DNA of 64,000 bases from Nitrosopumilaceae archaeon (GCA_965200155.1 CBDATR010000010.1:64001-128000); one strand, 5' to 3'. Positions 50,573 through 61,927 are shown, counted from the first letter of the stretch. Notes: generated by a model from the sequence alone, not told the origin. A program made the numbers and translations.

Positions 50573-51217
50573 ATGACAAACTTCGAAAAGACATGGAATC
50601 AACAAGACAAACCGGGAGTATCTGACAAGATACACAATACCTTCAAGCCCGATGCACCTCTAAAGCCCAGAGTGCATGATGGCGTAAACAAACTCCAGAT
50701 ACAGATATCCAAGCTTGACACTATGTTAAGCAAGATACGCGACAGAGACGCAAGGCTCTTCCAGAGAATTGTTTTGGCACTGAAGAATCACGACACCCAT
50801 CAGAGCAAGATACTGTCAAATGAACTGGCAGAATTGCGCAAGGTGGCCAAGATGATGGGTAACGCCCGCATGGCATTGGAGCAAGTACAGCTGCGTCTTA
50901 CAACTATACACGACCTAGGCGATGCAATGGTATCAATTGCACCTGCAATGCAAACCATGAAGGGCCTTAAATCTTCCTTGGGCCGATTCATGCCTGAGGC
51001 AGACTCTGAACTGAACTCAATGACGCAGACGCTCAATGGAATGGTGATGGACTCATTGGCAGGCGATTCCTTTGGCATGGATGCTAGCGTATCCAACGAA
51101 GAGACAGACAACATACTGCAGGAGGCATCCTCTGTGGCAGGCCAGCAGGTCGGAGACATGTTCCCCTCGGTACCTACCCCTTCTGCTACATCACAGTCAA
51201 CATCCACGTACGAGTAA
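50573..51217 (+). CDS. ESCRT-III (Snf7/CdvB) paralog
   Basis: Helical Snf7 core NELAELRK...ALEQVQLRL.T..DLGD; ILQEA C-terminal motif. Confidence 0.9.
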   Translation: MTNFEKTWNQQDKPGVSDKIHNTFKPDAPLKPRVHDGVNKLQIQISKLDTMLSKIRDRDARLFQRIVLALKNHDTHQSKILSNELAELRKVAKMMGNARMALEQVQLRLTTIHDLGDAMVSIAPAMQTMKGLKSSLGRFMPEADSELNSMTQTLNGMVMDSLAGDSFGMDASVSNEETDNILQEASSVAGQQVGDMFPSVPTPSATSQSTSTYE

Positions 51218-51292
51218 CACATAATTTTTTACTCTGTTTTTTAGCTAGGCAACATACTAACGCCGCGTGTATCCATGATGGCTCCTACAATA

Positions 51293-52429
51293 CTAGCCTA
51301 GCAGTTTTTCGTGAAAAGTCCACTTTTTATTCAGCACAAAGTTACCAAAGGCTGCCGTAAGCACTCCGGTGACCAGCGATATGTGGTATGACCAGCCTCC
51401 CTCCACCATATAGAATACTATTCCCAGCTGTATCATGGCGCCCAAGGAGCTAAACCCTAGAAACTTGCCATACTGTATAAGGGTGGGACCTGGCGCAAAT
51501 TGCCGTTCCTGGAACGTCCATACCTTGTTGAACACAAAGTTCGTACTCATGGAAGTGAATATTCCCAGTATATTTGCATGCAGATACCAAAATTCCACGG
51601 TCTCTGTGAGGAATAATGATACGACAAAGTTTACCAGGAGGCCGGTGGTCCCTACAGTAAAGAATCTCCCGGCCTTTGAGATGAACTTTACCGATTTACG
51701 TCGCTCAATACCGTCATGCCAGTAGAGATTCCAGACTGATTTACAATAATCCTTTACGACATCACCACTCATCTTACTATTCCCGGACTGGCGATCCCGG
51801 AACGTATACGGTATCTCGGCTATGCGGGCCCCCCGCACTTTTACCAGCATCTCCATGAGTACCTTGAATCCTATGCCCTCAAAAGCTATGTCATCCAGTA
51901 GGTTCCTCCTAAAGGCGAAGAATCCTGACATGGGATCCTTGACCTTTATGCCCAGTCCGTGTTTGGCTATGGCGGTACCAAACATACTCAACAGGCGACG
52001 CTTGACGGGCCAGCCATCGATGTGGCCTCCCCGTATGTATCTGGAGGCTACGGCAATATCGCATCTGTGACGGACGGCATCCAACAGTTTGGGTATTATC
52101 TGGGGTGGGTGCGAAAAGTCGCTGTCCATTACAACCACTGTGTCTCCCTGGGCATGCTTTATTCCATGCAGTATGGCAGAGCTTAGGTTGGTCTTTGCCT
52201 TGCGGTGTATTATCTCGATAGTGTGATTGGCTATGCTCCTGGTTTTTTTGAGATACTCCTCCACTATACGACCGGTCCCGTCCGGCGAGTTGTCATCGAC
52301 GACTATGGTCTGCGCCTTCATACTATTGGGCAGGGACTCCTTTATGGAGCGCAGCACATTCAGTATGTTCTGGGACTCATTATACGTGGGCAGTATTATG
52401 GAGACCTGCGGTCTGCTGGTAACGTTCAT
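51293..52429 (-). CDS. Polyprenol-phosphate mannosyltransferase (GT2, DPM1-like) fused to GtrA domain
   Basis: LPTYNE, VDDNSPDGT, MDSDFSHPP, DPMSGFF; C-terminal NF..NK.WTF repeats. Confidence 0.92.
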   Translation of the reverse strand: MNVTSRPQVSIILPTYNESQNILNVLRSIKESLPNSMKAQTIVVDDNSPDGTGRIVEEYLKKTRSIANHTIEIIHRKAKTNLSSAILHGIKHAQGDTVVVMDSDFSHPPQIIPKLLDAVRHRCDIAVASRYIRGGHIDGWPVKRRLLSMFGTAIAKHGLGIKVKDPMSGFFAFRRNLLDDIAFEGIGFKVLMEMLVKVRGARIAEIPYTFRDRQSGNSKMSGDVVKDYCKSVWNLYWHDGIERRKSVKFISKAGRFFTVGTTGLLVNFVVSLFLTETVEFWYLHANILGIFTSMSTNFVFNKVWTFQERQFAPGPTLIQYGKFLGFSSLGAMIQLGIVFYMVEGGWSYHISLVTGVLTAAFGNFVLNKKWTFHEKLLG

Positions 52430-52756
52430 GACTGAGGAATTTTGGAAGCTTTTTAAATTTTAAGCGTTTTTGTTAGTGTGGGAGCAGTCGGTATCCTGAC
52501 TATGATTCTTGCAGCGAAAAATCCCGTCCATACGTTTCATGGTATGAATCTCGCTGCTATGGCAACTGACATGCTATCTGATCCCCCATTTGTGACACGC
52601 AATCCCGGTCTTATATACCACAAACATGGAATGCTCTATACGTGTTCCTGATCATTTCCCGCCAGTCGCGTGAGTCCATGCAAAGGGTCTATTCCATAAT
52701 TATTATGACCAGAAAGGCGCATGCACAACACGCACCCAAGTGGTGAATTATCTGCC

Positions 52757-54214
52757 TTATGGAAATGACACAATGTCTGATATGGCGCTCTCCATATCCG
52801 ACAACTTGATGCGCCGCTGCTCCATACTGTCTCGCTCCCTGATGGTTACAGTATCATCAACCAGCGTTTGATGATCTATGGTGATCGCCAGGGGGCAGCC
52901 TATCTCATCCAGCCTGCGGTATCGCCTGCCTATCGCCCCTCCGTGGTCAAGAAATGCATCAAACCGCCGGTTTATGTCAGCATATATGGCATCGGTCTTC
53001 TCCTTCAGGCCGTCTTTCTTGACCAAAGAGAGTATACCCACCTGGGTGGGCGCCAGGTATGGTTTTACGGTCAATACCGTCCTGTCATTTGTATCATCAT
53101 GGATCAGTCGGTGATCCAGCATGGTGTATATGCTACGATCTATGCCCATGGATATCTCAAATACGTGGGGCAGCACCTTGTCATTGCCGTCTATCACGTG
53201 GAATTTCTCTCCACTGTGCTTGGCATGACCTGACAGATCGTGGTCAGTCCGGTAGTTACACGCCACCAGCTCCAGCCAACCGGCAGCCGTTTCCACTTCA
53301 AAATCAAAGGCTATATCCGCATAGAATGCCTTCTCCTTCTCGCCCAGGCGGCGGAAGCGGGCCCTCTCCATATCTATGCCTGTCTTCTGGTAGAATTCCT
53401 GCAATATCCCTATATAATATGATATAAATCGATTAGGTAACATCCCCTCCTCTATTGCCCTACCACAGGTGGTTACCGTCATGTAATCATCAACATCCAG
53501 GCGAATCTCTGTATCCCTGATGTTATAGAATTCCGGCGTGTCATCATCAAGTCTGTCGGGGTTGCAAAAGATCTCTATCTCGGCCTGGTAGAATTCCCTG
53601 AGGCGGAGCAGGCTCTGCCTGGGGGCTATCTCGTTCCGGAAGCTCTTGCCCACCTGTGCTATGCCCATGGGCAGGCGACCTCGCATGGTCTTGTATATGC
53701 GCGGAAAGTCCACAAATATGGACTGGCATGTCTCTGGCCGCAGATATGCATCCTCACTTTGGGGACCTATCCCAACACGAAACATCATGTTAAATCGTTC
53801 CACCTTTTGTAGCGCCCCCTTGCATCCGGGGCATCTCACATTGTTCTCCAGCATGGCGGCATCCATGGTCTCGGCCTCTGCCGACTCCGGTATCTGAATG
53901 CCGCATACGTCATGGATGAGTCGGTCTGCCCTGTGGGTAGCCCCGCATTTTCCACAACGGGTTATGGGATCCGCAAAACTGGAGAGATGTCCGGACGCCT
54001 CAAATACTGACTTGGCCATTATCTGCGAGCCGTCTATCTCCAACATGCCATCCCGCCTGACCAGCTCCCGCCTCCACAACTCCAGAAACTTGTTCTTTAT
54101 TGTCACGCCCCGCGGTCCGTACTCCCAAAAACCCGCTGGAGAATCACTGTATACCTCACAGCTGGGAAAGTAAAAACCCCGTTCCAGAGCCAGTTTCATG
54201 ACCCTTTCATACAT
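52757..54214 (-). CDS. glyS: Glycine--tRNA ligase (alpha2 type)
   Basis: YLRPETCQ, FRNEIAPRQSLLRLREF.QAE, IGRRYRRLDEIG anticodon domain. Confidence 0.96.
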   Translation of the reverse strand: MYERVMKLALERGFYFPSCEVYSDSPAGFWEYGPRGVTIKNKFLELWRRELVRRDGMLEIDGSQIMAKSVFEASGHLSSFADPITRCGKCGATHRADRLIHDVCGIQIPESAEAETMDAAMLENNVRCPGCKGALQKVERFNMMFRVGIGPQSEDAYLRPETCQSIFVDFPRIYKTMRGRLPMGIAQVGKSFRNEIAPRQSLLRLREFYQAEIEIFCNPDRLDDDTPEFYNIRDTEIRLDVDDYMTVTTCGRAIEEGMLPNRFISYYIGILQEFYQKTGIDMERARFRRLGEKEKAFYADIAFDFEVETAAGWLELVACNYRTDHDLSGHAKHSGEKFHVIDGNDKVLPHVFEISMGIDRSIYTMLDHRLIHDDTNDRTVLTVKPYLAPTQVGILSLVKKDGLKEKTDAIYADINRRFDAFLDHGGAIGRRYRRLDEIGCPLAITIDHQTLVDDTVTIRERDSMEQRRIKLSDMESAISDIVSFP

Positions 54215-54244
54215 AGTGTGCACCTTGTAATGTGAAATAAATTC

Positions 54245-55084
54245 CTACTCCAGACTTCTGGCCTTCTCCAGATTCTCAGCGTTTGTGCGAACACTGTCTA
54301 TGGGTGTCTCAAGTATCACGGGTATATCCCTTGACGCCGCGGTGCGTACAACCTCGCCTAGCCCCTCCTCACCGATGCTTCCCAGCCCTATGTGGTGATG
54401 GCGGTCCAGGTTACACCCTAGGTCACCCTGGGCATCATTCAGGTGTATTATGCGCAGATGTTTGTATCCTATGATATCCTCAATCTGCCTAAGCGTATCT
54501 GTGGCGGTCTCCTTGTTCCGCATGTCATATCCTGCTACAAACGCATGGCACGTGTCAATACAGACTCCAAAGCGATCTTGCGGTTCCAGCTGGAATAGTA
54601 TATCTGCCAGCTGTGTGAAATCAGACCCAACAGAATTCTTCTGCCCCGCGGTATTCTCCAGCAGTATGGTAACATTATTCTCCACCTGCCCCGCAGTTTC
54701 ATATGCGTTGATCAGCCGTCTTATTCCGGCTTCCTCACCGGTTCCCAGATGACTTCCCAGATGCGTTACCAGATATGGTATTCCGAGAATCCCGCATCTT
54801 TTAACCTCGTCCACCAGTGTGTCCACGGATTTTTTATACTGCTCGGGTTTGGGTCCCGCGAGATTGGGCAGGTATGGCATATGTGCGCAGGTGGCTTTGG
54901 CATCAATGTATGAGGCTGCAAGATTCTCCTTGAATGACGCGGCCATCTCATCAGTTATAGGCCTGGCACGCCATCCTCGCGGATTTCTTGTAAATATCTG
55001 GAATGCGGTACAGTCTATCTTTTGTGCATTGATTACCGCACGGTCCAGCCCGCCGGATATGGAGACATGACATCCAATCTTCAT
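54245..55084 (-). CDS. nfo: Endonuclease IV
   Basis: GCHVS, HMPYLPNL, LENTAG, CIDTCH, HLND, DRHH, ILETP motifs. Confidence 0.96.
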   Translation of the reverse strand: MKIGCHVSISGGLDRAVINAQKIDCTAFQIFTRNPRGWRARPITDEMAASFKENLAASYIDAKATCAHMPYLPNLAGPKPEQYKKSVDTLVDEVKRCGILGIPYLVTHLGSHLGTGEEAGIRRLINAYETAGQVENNVTILLENTAGQKNSVGSDFTQLADILFQLEPQDRFGVCIDTCHAFVAGYDMRNKETATDTLRQIEDIIGYKHLRIIHLNDAQGDLGCNLDRHHHIGLGSIGEEGLGEVVRTAASRDIPVILETPIDSVRTNAENLEKARSLE

Positions 55085-55301
55085 TCAGTTCATGATGGTG
55101 GCATCGTTAATTTAAACCAGAAGTCCCGGCTTGGTGGTAAGCCGGGGGCGAATCCTGATAATTATTACGGGACTTGTGATATTGGTCCTGTCTATAGGGT
55201 GACGTTCTGAGCAGCGGTAAATTCTACAATTCTGGTGCAATGGCTGTGCTGAGGGGAGCATTTACACCCGTTGCTTCCCGTATATCGAATATTTTGCCTG
55301 T

Positions 55302-57206
55302 CTAGTCATCGAGTGTATCTTTTACATCCGTTATCTTTTGAACCAGCATGCGGTTCACTGTGTGGCCGGGGGCTTTGCCACGAAGTTTAGTCATGGCCGC
55401 GCCCATGAGAGGCCCGGCCGCGCCATCTCCCAGATTCCGTATTAGATCCATCTTGCTGGATATGATATCATCCAGGATACGGGATACTTCATCATCGGAA
55501 GTAACCGAGGATCCTGTCCTTTCAACTGCCTCCTTGACCGAGCGTGATCTGCCCGACATTATTTCCCGAAATATAATCTCCACAGACTCTTTGGTTATGT
55601 CATTAGAGTCAAGGAGTGCAAATATCTCCCTTATGGAGCCATGTCCCATCAGTCCGGCCTCCAGTCCCTGCCGCTCCAGACTCACTATGGTAGAGCAGAG
55701 GGCCGATGCCACAAAGGCTGACGAGACCGAAGTATCCCTTACTATGTCTGAGAATATTGCAGTGTACTCTGAGTCCAGCAGCTGACCTGCAAGATGGGCG
55801 CTTATGCCGTATCGCCTAGATGTCTCTGACACCCTCTCCTCCCATGGCTTTGGCACGTTTTTGAGAGCCTCCTGTATGTCTTTGTCATTGATTAGTACCG
55901 GCGGGACATCGGTCTCCGGATACATTCGCGCGGATCCGGGACGGGGGCGCAGGAATGTAGTGGTGCCGTCCGGATTAACGCGACGGGTCTCCGCGGGTAC
56001 ACCTTGGTGCGCCTGTTCCAGGCGATTGGCGATAGCCTGTATAATATGGCCGGTCTTGACCGCGGGGGCGGCTATCATTATGATTCCATCATTATCTCCG
56101 GCACCGGTGAAATCACGGATGGCCACCATATCTTTTTCTGTTATGCCATACGCGGGTAGCTCGTCTGAGTGAAATATTCCGCCTATGCCGTACTGCTTGA
56201 CCATCTGGCCTATCTCCCTGCCCAGCCTTATGCCCGGATATGGCTCATATCCTAGCAATCCGGCAAAGTTACGTATACTCATGGCTGTTATGCCATTCCC
56301 GGACTTGATGGACTTGTGTATTATCTTGGATTCACACGATTCCAATATGCCGGTTACATCCAGGACCTTTGCCTCATACTTCTTGACTTGACGCTTGATC
56401 CTTTTGGATATGTCCACCAGTCCTGCCTGCCGATGTGCCTCATACTCTATGGCTTTTTCCAGCTGTTCCAATTGCTGTATGCCCTTTATCTCGACTACGC
56501 CACCACCGTCGCGCACCGAGACGTTGACATCCTGCCGTATGCTTCCTATGCCACGCGCAACCATGCCTGTTCCACGCAATAACCTACCCACATACCAGGC
56601 TACCTCCCGTACGTATCCGGGAGTGCCGCTCACCGGCTCCAGCGCTATCTCTATGAGCGGTATGCCAAGCCTGTCCAGGGCGTATTCCTTGGCATCATGA
56701 CTCTCTGTTATGGGGCGCGCAGAGTCCTCCTCCAGGCATATGGACTGGACTCCTACCTTGTAGTCTCCCACTCTTATGGCCCCGCCCTGCGCCACTAACA
56801 TTGTCCTCTGGAATCCGCTGGTATTGGAGCCGTCAATTACCGTCTTTCGCATTACGTATATCTCATCGAATATATCAGATTCCATGGCGGCAGCTATAGT
56901 CAGGGCCGTACGCACCGAATTCGCATCAATGTCATGGGGTGGCTCCTCATCATATTCTACCATACAGCTGTTCTGCGCCTCTCCGCTGTACCGTATTGTC
57001 CTGGCCCGGGACCCCTCGAAGAGGGCGGCATCATCGTAGTTGCCCATCTCGCTTCGTACGGGACGGAGATACCGTACAAAATGCTCCTCGTGGCGACCGG
57101 GTGGGGCTGTACCTGAACACCCGCAAAAGAGCTTTCTGCCTGTACTCAGCTGCTGGTGTATCTCCAAACCTACCAGGACTCCTGCATCTTTGTATATCTG
57201 GGTCAT
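55302..57206 (-). CDS. gatE: Glu-tRNA(Gln) amidotransferase subunit E
   Basis: VGLEIHQQL, DGSNTSGFQRT, IRQDVNVS, RPRPGSARMYPETD motifs. Confidence 0.96.
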   Translation of the reverse strand: MTQIYKDAGVLVGLEIHQQLSTGRKLFCGCSGTAPPGRHEEHFVRYLRPVRSEMGNYDDAALFEGSRARTIRYSGEAQNSCMVEYDEEPPHDIDANSVRTALTIAAAMESDIFDEIYVMRKTVIDGSNTSGFQRTMLVAQGGAIRVGDYKVGVQSICLEEDSARPITESHDAKEYALDRLGIPLIEIALEPVSGTPGYVREVAWYVGRLLRGTGMVARGIGSIRQDVNVSVRDGGGVVEIKGIQQLEQLEKAIEYEAHRQAGLVDISKRIKRQVKKYEAKVLDVTGILESCESKIIHKSIKSGNGITAMSIRNFAGLLGYEPYPGIRLGREIGQMVKQYGIGGIFHSDELPAYGITEKDMVAIRDFTGAGDNDGIIMIAAPAVKTGHIIQAIANRLEQAHQGVPAETRRVNPDGTTTFLRPRPGSARMYPETDVPPVLINDKDIQEALKNVPKPWEERVSETSRRYGISAHLAGQLLDSEYTAIFSDIVRDTSVSSAFVASALCSTIVSLERQGLEAGLMGHGSIREIFALLDSNDITKESVEIIFREIMSGRSRSVKEAVERTGSSVTSDDEVSRILDDIISSKMDLIRNLGDGAAGPLMGAAMTKLRGKAPGHTVNRMLVQKITDVKDTLDD

Positions 57207-58504
57207 GGCGTAATCTCTGATGCTATGGGAGTCGTCATGATATCCTGTAGTGGCCCCTGCGCCAGTCCCCACATGGCCTTGACAAGGGCCGTCTCCGGTA
57301 GCATATTATGCAGGGGGGTAACGCCCATGTGCAGTAGATCCCTGCCACTTTCATACACGGTCATTCCAGTTCGTCCCCATATGCACTGGGATGTCATTCC
57401 AAGAAATACGCCCTCCTTGCGCAGTTCCCGTATGACGCTATATGTGTCGCGACCTATGTGGCCCAGTCCAGTTCCCTCAAATATTATGGCCCGGCATCCA
57501 TTCTGTACCATATGCCGTAATATGGAAACATCAAAGCCCGGGTAATACTTTATGAGCTGCGCCTCCCTCTTTAGGGATATGCGCGGGGTATAATCACCAT
57601 CGTTATAGTAATCGTGCCAAATGTCATAATTACTTCTCATCGTGCCATCCTCGACCGTGAACGGGGGTGCTCCATTTATCGTACGGAATGCTCCCCGGGA
57701 GCTGGTGTGGCTCTTGCGAACCTTGGTGCCGCAATGTATGGATACGGCGCGATCATTTCCGTCTTGGTGCATGGCGACGTATATGCCCCTTGGTATATCC
57801 TGTACAATAGCCGTCGCGGCACCAAGCAAGTTCAGGGCCGCATCCGAGGAAGCCCTGTCTGAGGATCTCTGGGAGCCGGTAAGTATTACAGGTATGGGCA
57901 GGCCAGCCAGGGCGAAGGAGAGGAACGCGGAGGTGTAATGCATGGTGTCAGTACCGTGCGCCAGTATGATACCCTTGTATGATGAGTGGTTCTTGTGTAT
58001 GTGCTCTGCCATGGCCAACCAGTTTTCCGGAGTTATATTCTCAGAGTACTCGGACATTATCTCACAAGTATGCATGTTTGAAATTGCTGCCATCTCCGGC
58101 ACCGAGTCGCGGAGCTGGGCCGCATCCAGGGCCGGTGTCACTGCCCCCGTGCGGTAGTCTATGCGGCTGGATATGGTACCGCCTGTGGATATGAGCAGGA
58201 TATCGGGCAAAGACGAGTCCGGCTCTCCAGCCGCGTCCGGTGCCGGTACGGTAGCAGCATCCTGGACATACTGTATGTCCTGAATGTTCTGTATGGGTAT
58301 GCCCACATTATACCCGCTATCCAGCTTTAGCACTATGTGCTGATCATCGGAATGATAGTAACGGGGCATTATGGTTCCGGTACGCTTCCTGTCCGAGTAT
58401 ATCATAACGTACTGTCCTGCGGATATGCCATACTTTTCAAGACAGGCAGCAACCTCGCCTGTGTATCCTGTGCTGTGCAGTGATCTCACAATACGAGGTG
58501 ACAT
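57203..58504 (-). CDS. gatD: Glu-tRNA(Gln) amidotransferase subunit D
   Basis: KLDSGYNVG, TGGTISSRIDYRTG, HGTDT, SQRSSDR motifs. Confidence 0.96.
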   Translation of the reverse strand: MSPRIVRSLHSTGYTGEVAACLEKYGISAGQYVMIYSDRKRTGTIMPRYYHSDDQHIVLKLDSGYNVGIPIQNIQDIQYVQDAATVPAPDAAGEPDSSLPDILLISTGGTISSRIDYRTGAVTPALDAAQLRDSVPEMAAISNMHTCEIMSEYSENITPENWLAMAEHIHKNHSSYKGIILAHGTDTMHYTSAFLSFALAGLPIPVILTGSQRSSDRASSDAALNLLGAATAIVQDIPRGIYVAMHQDGNDRAVSIHCGTKVRKSHTSSRGAFRTINGAPPFTVEDGTMRSNYDIWHDYYNDGDYTPRISLKREAQLIKYYPGFDVSILRHMVQNGCRAIIFEGTGLGHIGRDTYSVIRELRKEGVFLGMTSQCIWGRTGMTVYESGRDLLHMGVTPLHNMLPETALVKAMWGLAQGPLQDIMTTPIASEITP

Positions 58505-58521
58505 GTAGGGCGACTCAGTTA

Positions 58522-60708
58522 TTACCTGTAATAAGATGCTACCATGGTCTCCTGCATCTTGAGGTCTTTCTGTTCCCGTACCTTGCGTACAGCTTCCTCA
58601 AAATGCTTCATGGTAACCTTTGCTCTTACGGTGTTTCTCTCTATCTCTTTTACGTCTGTATACTCATCCAGAAATTCGTGTATAACAAGGGATACCGCCG
58701 TATTGGCTATGGATGCTGTGTCTGCCCCACTCATTCCATCGGTAATCTCGGCAAGTTTTTCTATATCCACATCACTGTCCGCGGATATCTTTTTGACGTT
58801 TATCTCCAGTATGCTGCGGCGGCTATCCTTGTCCGGTAGGGGTATCTGGATTATCTTGTCAAACCGGCCTGGCCGCAGCAGGGCAGTGTCTATTATGTCG
58901 GCGCGGTTGGTGGCAGCAAGTACTACAACTCCCTGTAGATTCTCCATGCCATCCAGCTCGGTGAGTAACTGGCTGACCACTCTCTCGGTGACTGCCGTCT
59001 CGCCCCCTGCCCCCCGTACCGGTGCAATGGAGTCTATCTCATCAAAGAATATGACACAGGGGGACCCCTGTCGGGCTCGTCGGAATATCTCCCGTATGCC
59101 GCGCTCAGATTCTCCTACCCACTTGGAGAGTAATTCCGGACCGCGTACTGATACAAAATTGGCTTCGCTCTCGGTGGCAACGGCCTTGGCCAGCAGTGTC
59201 TTGCCTGTGCCACTGGGTCCATGCAACAGTATGCCTTTGGGCATGCGATGCCCCAGCTTGTCATATAGGCCGGGGTGCTTCATGGGCCATTCCACCGCTT
59301 CCTGCAGCTCCCGTTTTACGTCCTTTAGTCCACCTACGTCATCCCACTTGACATCGGGATTCTCTATGAAGACTTCGCGCATACCTGACGCGGTTACCTC
59401 TATCAGGGCTCTCTGGAAGTCAGAATTATTAACAATAAGCTTGTCCAGTGTGTCCGGGGGTATCTTCTCGTCTTCCAGGTTGAGCTCTGGTAGTAATCGC
59501 CTTAGACATTTCATGGCAGCCTCCTTGCATAGATACTCCAAGTCCGCTCCAACATATCCGTGGCTTACTGCGGCAACACGATTTAGCTCTACATACTCGG
59601 GATCATTTTCGTCCATTAATAGTGGCATATTTCTTGTATGTATGGAGAGTATATCCTTGCGCCCCTTCTTGTTCGGGACCTTGATCTCTATTTCCCGATC
59701 GAAACGACCCGGCCGCCTCAGGGCGGGATCAATGGCATTGGGCCTATTGGTTGCAGATATGACAATGACTTTGCCCCGTGCTTCCAAGCCGTCCATGAGC
59801 GAGAGCATTTGGGATACAACACGCCTCTCAACTTCGCCGGTAACCTCTTCTCGCTTGGGTGCAATGGAGTCTATCTCATCTACAAATATTATGGATGGAG
59901 CCTTTTCCCGTGCCTCCTTGAATATCTCTCGCAGTCGTGCCTCACTTTCACCATAGAATTTGCTCATTATCTCCGGACCTGATATGCTAATGAAGTGAGC
60001 ATTTGACTCGTTGGCGACGGCCTTGGCCAGCAGTGTCTTGCCTGTGCCTGGGGGACCATACAGTAACACGCCCTTGGGAGCTTCTATGCCCAACTTCTCG
60101 AATATTTCTGGATGTCTCAGTGGCAACTCTATCATCTCCCTGACCTTCTTTATCTCGTCGGTGAGGCCTCCAATATCCTCATATGTAACCTGTGGTACAC
60201 CCCTCAGCGTCTCTCCCTTTTCCGCTATGTGAAATGTGGTCTTTTGCATAACCAATACTGCATCACTGGCGGGTGTTACGCCTATGACCTGGAAGGTTAG
60301 CCTGCCGCCAAAGTATGGAACCATGACATTATCGCCTTTTATGAGGGGAACACTCTCCAGAGCGTCAGCCAAGTATCTCTCGTCTATGGGCGGGATTGCC
60401 TCCAGGGGTGCCACTACTATCTTCTCCGCGGGGATGGCTTTGATCTTTTTCACCGTTATGGTGTCGCCTATTGCTATGCCAGAGTTGTTACGGCCCAGCC
60501 CATCAATACGTATTATACTCTTGCCCTCATCGGAAGGGTATAGTGGAAGACACTTTGCAACAGTACGGCGTTTTCCCTTGATTTCTATAACATCGCCGGT
60601 AGATGCATTGAGCGTATCCATGGAGTCATAATCTATGCGTGCCACTCCGCGGCCAACATCTCTGGTGTATGCCTCCAGTACCTTGAGATTCAGCGCCTGT
60701 ATACCCAT
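58522..60708 (-). CDS. cdc48: Cdc48/VAT AAA+ ATPase
   Basis: N domain plus two AAA modules ([22 protein letters not shown]). Confidence 0.97.
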   Translation of the reverse strand: MGIQALNLKVLEAYTRDVGRGVARIDYDSMDTLNASTGDVIEIKGKRRTVAKCLPLYPSDEGKSIIRIDGLGRNNSGIAIGDTITVKKIKAIPAEKIVVAPLEAIPPIDERYLADALESVPLIKGDNVMVPYFGGRLTFQVIGVTPASDAVLVMQKTTFHIAEKGETLRGVPQVTYEDIGGLTDEIKKVREMIELPLRHPEIFEKLGIEAPKGVLLYGPPGTGKTLLAKAVANESNAHFISISGPEIMSKFYGESEARLREIFKEAREKAPSIIFVDEIDSIAPKREEVTGEVERRVVSQMLSLMDGLEARGKVIVISATNRPNAIDPALRRPGRFDREIEIKVPNKKGRKDILSIHTRNMPLLMDENDPEYVELNRVAAVSHGYVGADLEYLCKEAAMKCLRRLLPELNLEDEKIPPDTLDKLIVNNSDFQRALIEVTASGMREVFIENPDVKWDDVGGLKDVKRELQEAVEWPMKHPGLYDKLGHRMPKGILLHGPSGTGKTLLAKAVATESEANFVSVRGPELLSKWVGESERGIREIFRRARQGSPCVIFFDEIDSIAPVRGAGGETAVTERVVSQLLTELDGMENLQGVVVLAATNRADIIDTALLRPGRFDKIIQIPLPDKDSRRSILEINVKKISADSDVDIEKLAEITDGMSGADTASIANTAVSLVIHEFLDEYTDVKEIERNTVRAKVTMKHFEEAVRKVREQKDLKMQETMVASYYR

Positions 60709-60913
60709 GGTCTCATACACTTGAACACGATTTTTATACCTTTGTTAGGATTTTTGATTGTCAATTTTATGCTAATAGTATAATTTGCATATTCAACGCC
60801 GGTGCGTGTAGAATTCTTTTGGCTACTTATTTTTCAGTCAGGCCTAGACAGTATTCTGAACTGAAATAATATTCACAAAAGCATAAAATGCACAGCTCCA
60901 GATCCCATTCCAG

Positions 60914-61078
60914 ATGAAGTGTAGTATATGTGGCAAGGATCTAATTATACGCAAGTGGCTCCCTCATCCGTGTCAGCAATGCGATAGTGGTATTATTGCA
61001 GATACCCGGTGTCCAAATGAGGAACACGGAGACTGGACATATCGGTGTAATATGTGTGGGTGGAGTGAAGATGACTGA
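60914..61078 (+). CDS. Small double Zn-ribbon protein (54 aa, not in ORF track)
   Basis: Manual translation MKCSICGKDLIIRKWLPHPCQQCDSGIIADTRCPNEEHGDWTYRCNMCGWSEDD; three CxxC plus CxxxxH. Confidence 0.6.
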   Translation: MKCSICGKDLIIRKWLPHPCQQCDSGIIADTRCPNEEHGDWTYRCNMCGWSEDD

Positions 61079-61259
61079 TAAGGATGATTATGAACAATGG
61101 CTGGATGAATGGGTATCGGTGCGTGACGAGACCGGTTATCCCCTTACCAACAGGGAATATTACAAGCGATATTTCGAATCTGACATAGACCCAAAGGAGG
61201 TGTATACGGAGTTGAGGGAGGCATTTGAGGAAAATCGATCAAGATGGAGTAAGGAATAG
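61071..61259 (+). CDS. Small acidic/aromatic hypothetical protein (62 aa)
   Basis: MTDKDDYEQWLDEW...; start overlaps upstream stop, GGAGTGA RBS-like site before ATG. Confidence 0.6.
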   Translation: MTDKDDYEQWLDEWVSVRDETGYPLTNREYYKRYFESDIDPKEVYTELREAFEENRSRWSKE

Positions 61260-61284
61260 CAGCTTGTGTGCAAGTCGTGTATCT

Positions 61285-61318
61285 GTATGAGCTTGTCTGT
61301 ATCTAAATTTACACATAC
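61285..61318 (-). mobile_element. Partial degenerate MITE-A end
   Basis: GTATGAGCTTGTCTGTATCTAAATTTACACATA resembles the MITE-A end GTATGAGTTCACCTGTGTCTAAATTTACGCATA. Confidence 0.55.
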
Positions 61319-61441
61319 TCTGTAGTTGCCCGTTTCTCGTGGGTGTTCATCTATTCAGCATGTTCATTATTCGCAGCTCTACTCCCTCGATTTTGGCGCT
61401 TGTTAGCATCAAGACATTGCAAATAGGTCTACAAAACGAAC

Positions 61442-61675
61442 GTAGCCGTTTAGGTCACCTACGGACAACTGTCCAAAATACATGACTAACATGTCTGTTC
61501 CTGCTTTTTCGTGTGAGTTCACCTATGTCTAAATTTACGCATAACTAATCGCGACAGTTAATGTGATTTGTGTATAAGATTCCGGAAGACGTGAACTCAT
61601 ACGCTTTTTCTATCTTACATATGCCCATGACTTTACCGTCTAGGTGTTGATCTTTAACGCGACCTAAACGGTTAC
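61442..61675 (+). mobile_element. MITE-B copy 2 carrying MITE-A
   Basis: TIRs GTAGCCGTTTAGGTC / GACCTAAACGGTTAC; 9-bp TSD AAAACGAAC. Confidence 0.9.
61511..61602 (-). mobile_element. MITE-A copy 10 (92 bp), nested in MITE-B
   Basis: TIRs; TSD GCTTTTTC. Confidence 0.92.
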
Positions 61676-61927
61676 AAAACGAACAGGCATAGACATCGTG
61701 GATTCCCTACTTGAACAATATCCATTGTATCTGTCCAGATTTCTGAAGTAGACTTCACAAGATGTTCGTTGATGTAGTAGCAGAAATCCATGTTCTGCAT
61801 GTCTCGCGTATGCTTTACAGCACAGAATAGTCTTTGTACCTTCAAGTGGTTTATCCATGCTTTGATTCACGAACACCAAATTGTAACAATTTAAACAACT
61901 CAAGGAAAACGTGGGCTCATACCATAC

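Noticed and set aside
52470-52750. Possible structured RNA or IS1595-like fragment between the GT2 gene and glyS
   Set aside because: Only a short GCAGCGA/TCGCTGC stem and weak peptide resemblance; not supportable by eye
58544-59956. 470-aa ORF antisense to cdc48 (likewise 16247-16918 and many shorter ones)
   Set aside because: Shadow ORFs on the opposite strand of conserved genes; Ser/Thr-rich with no motifs
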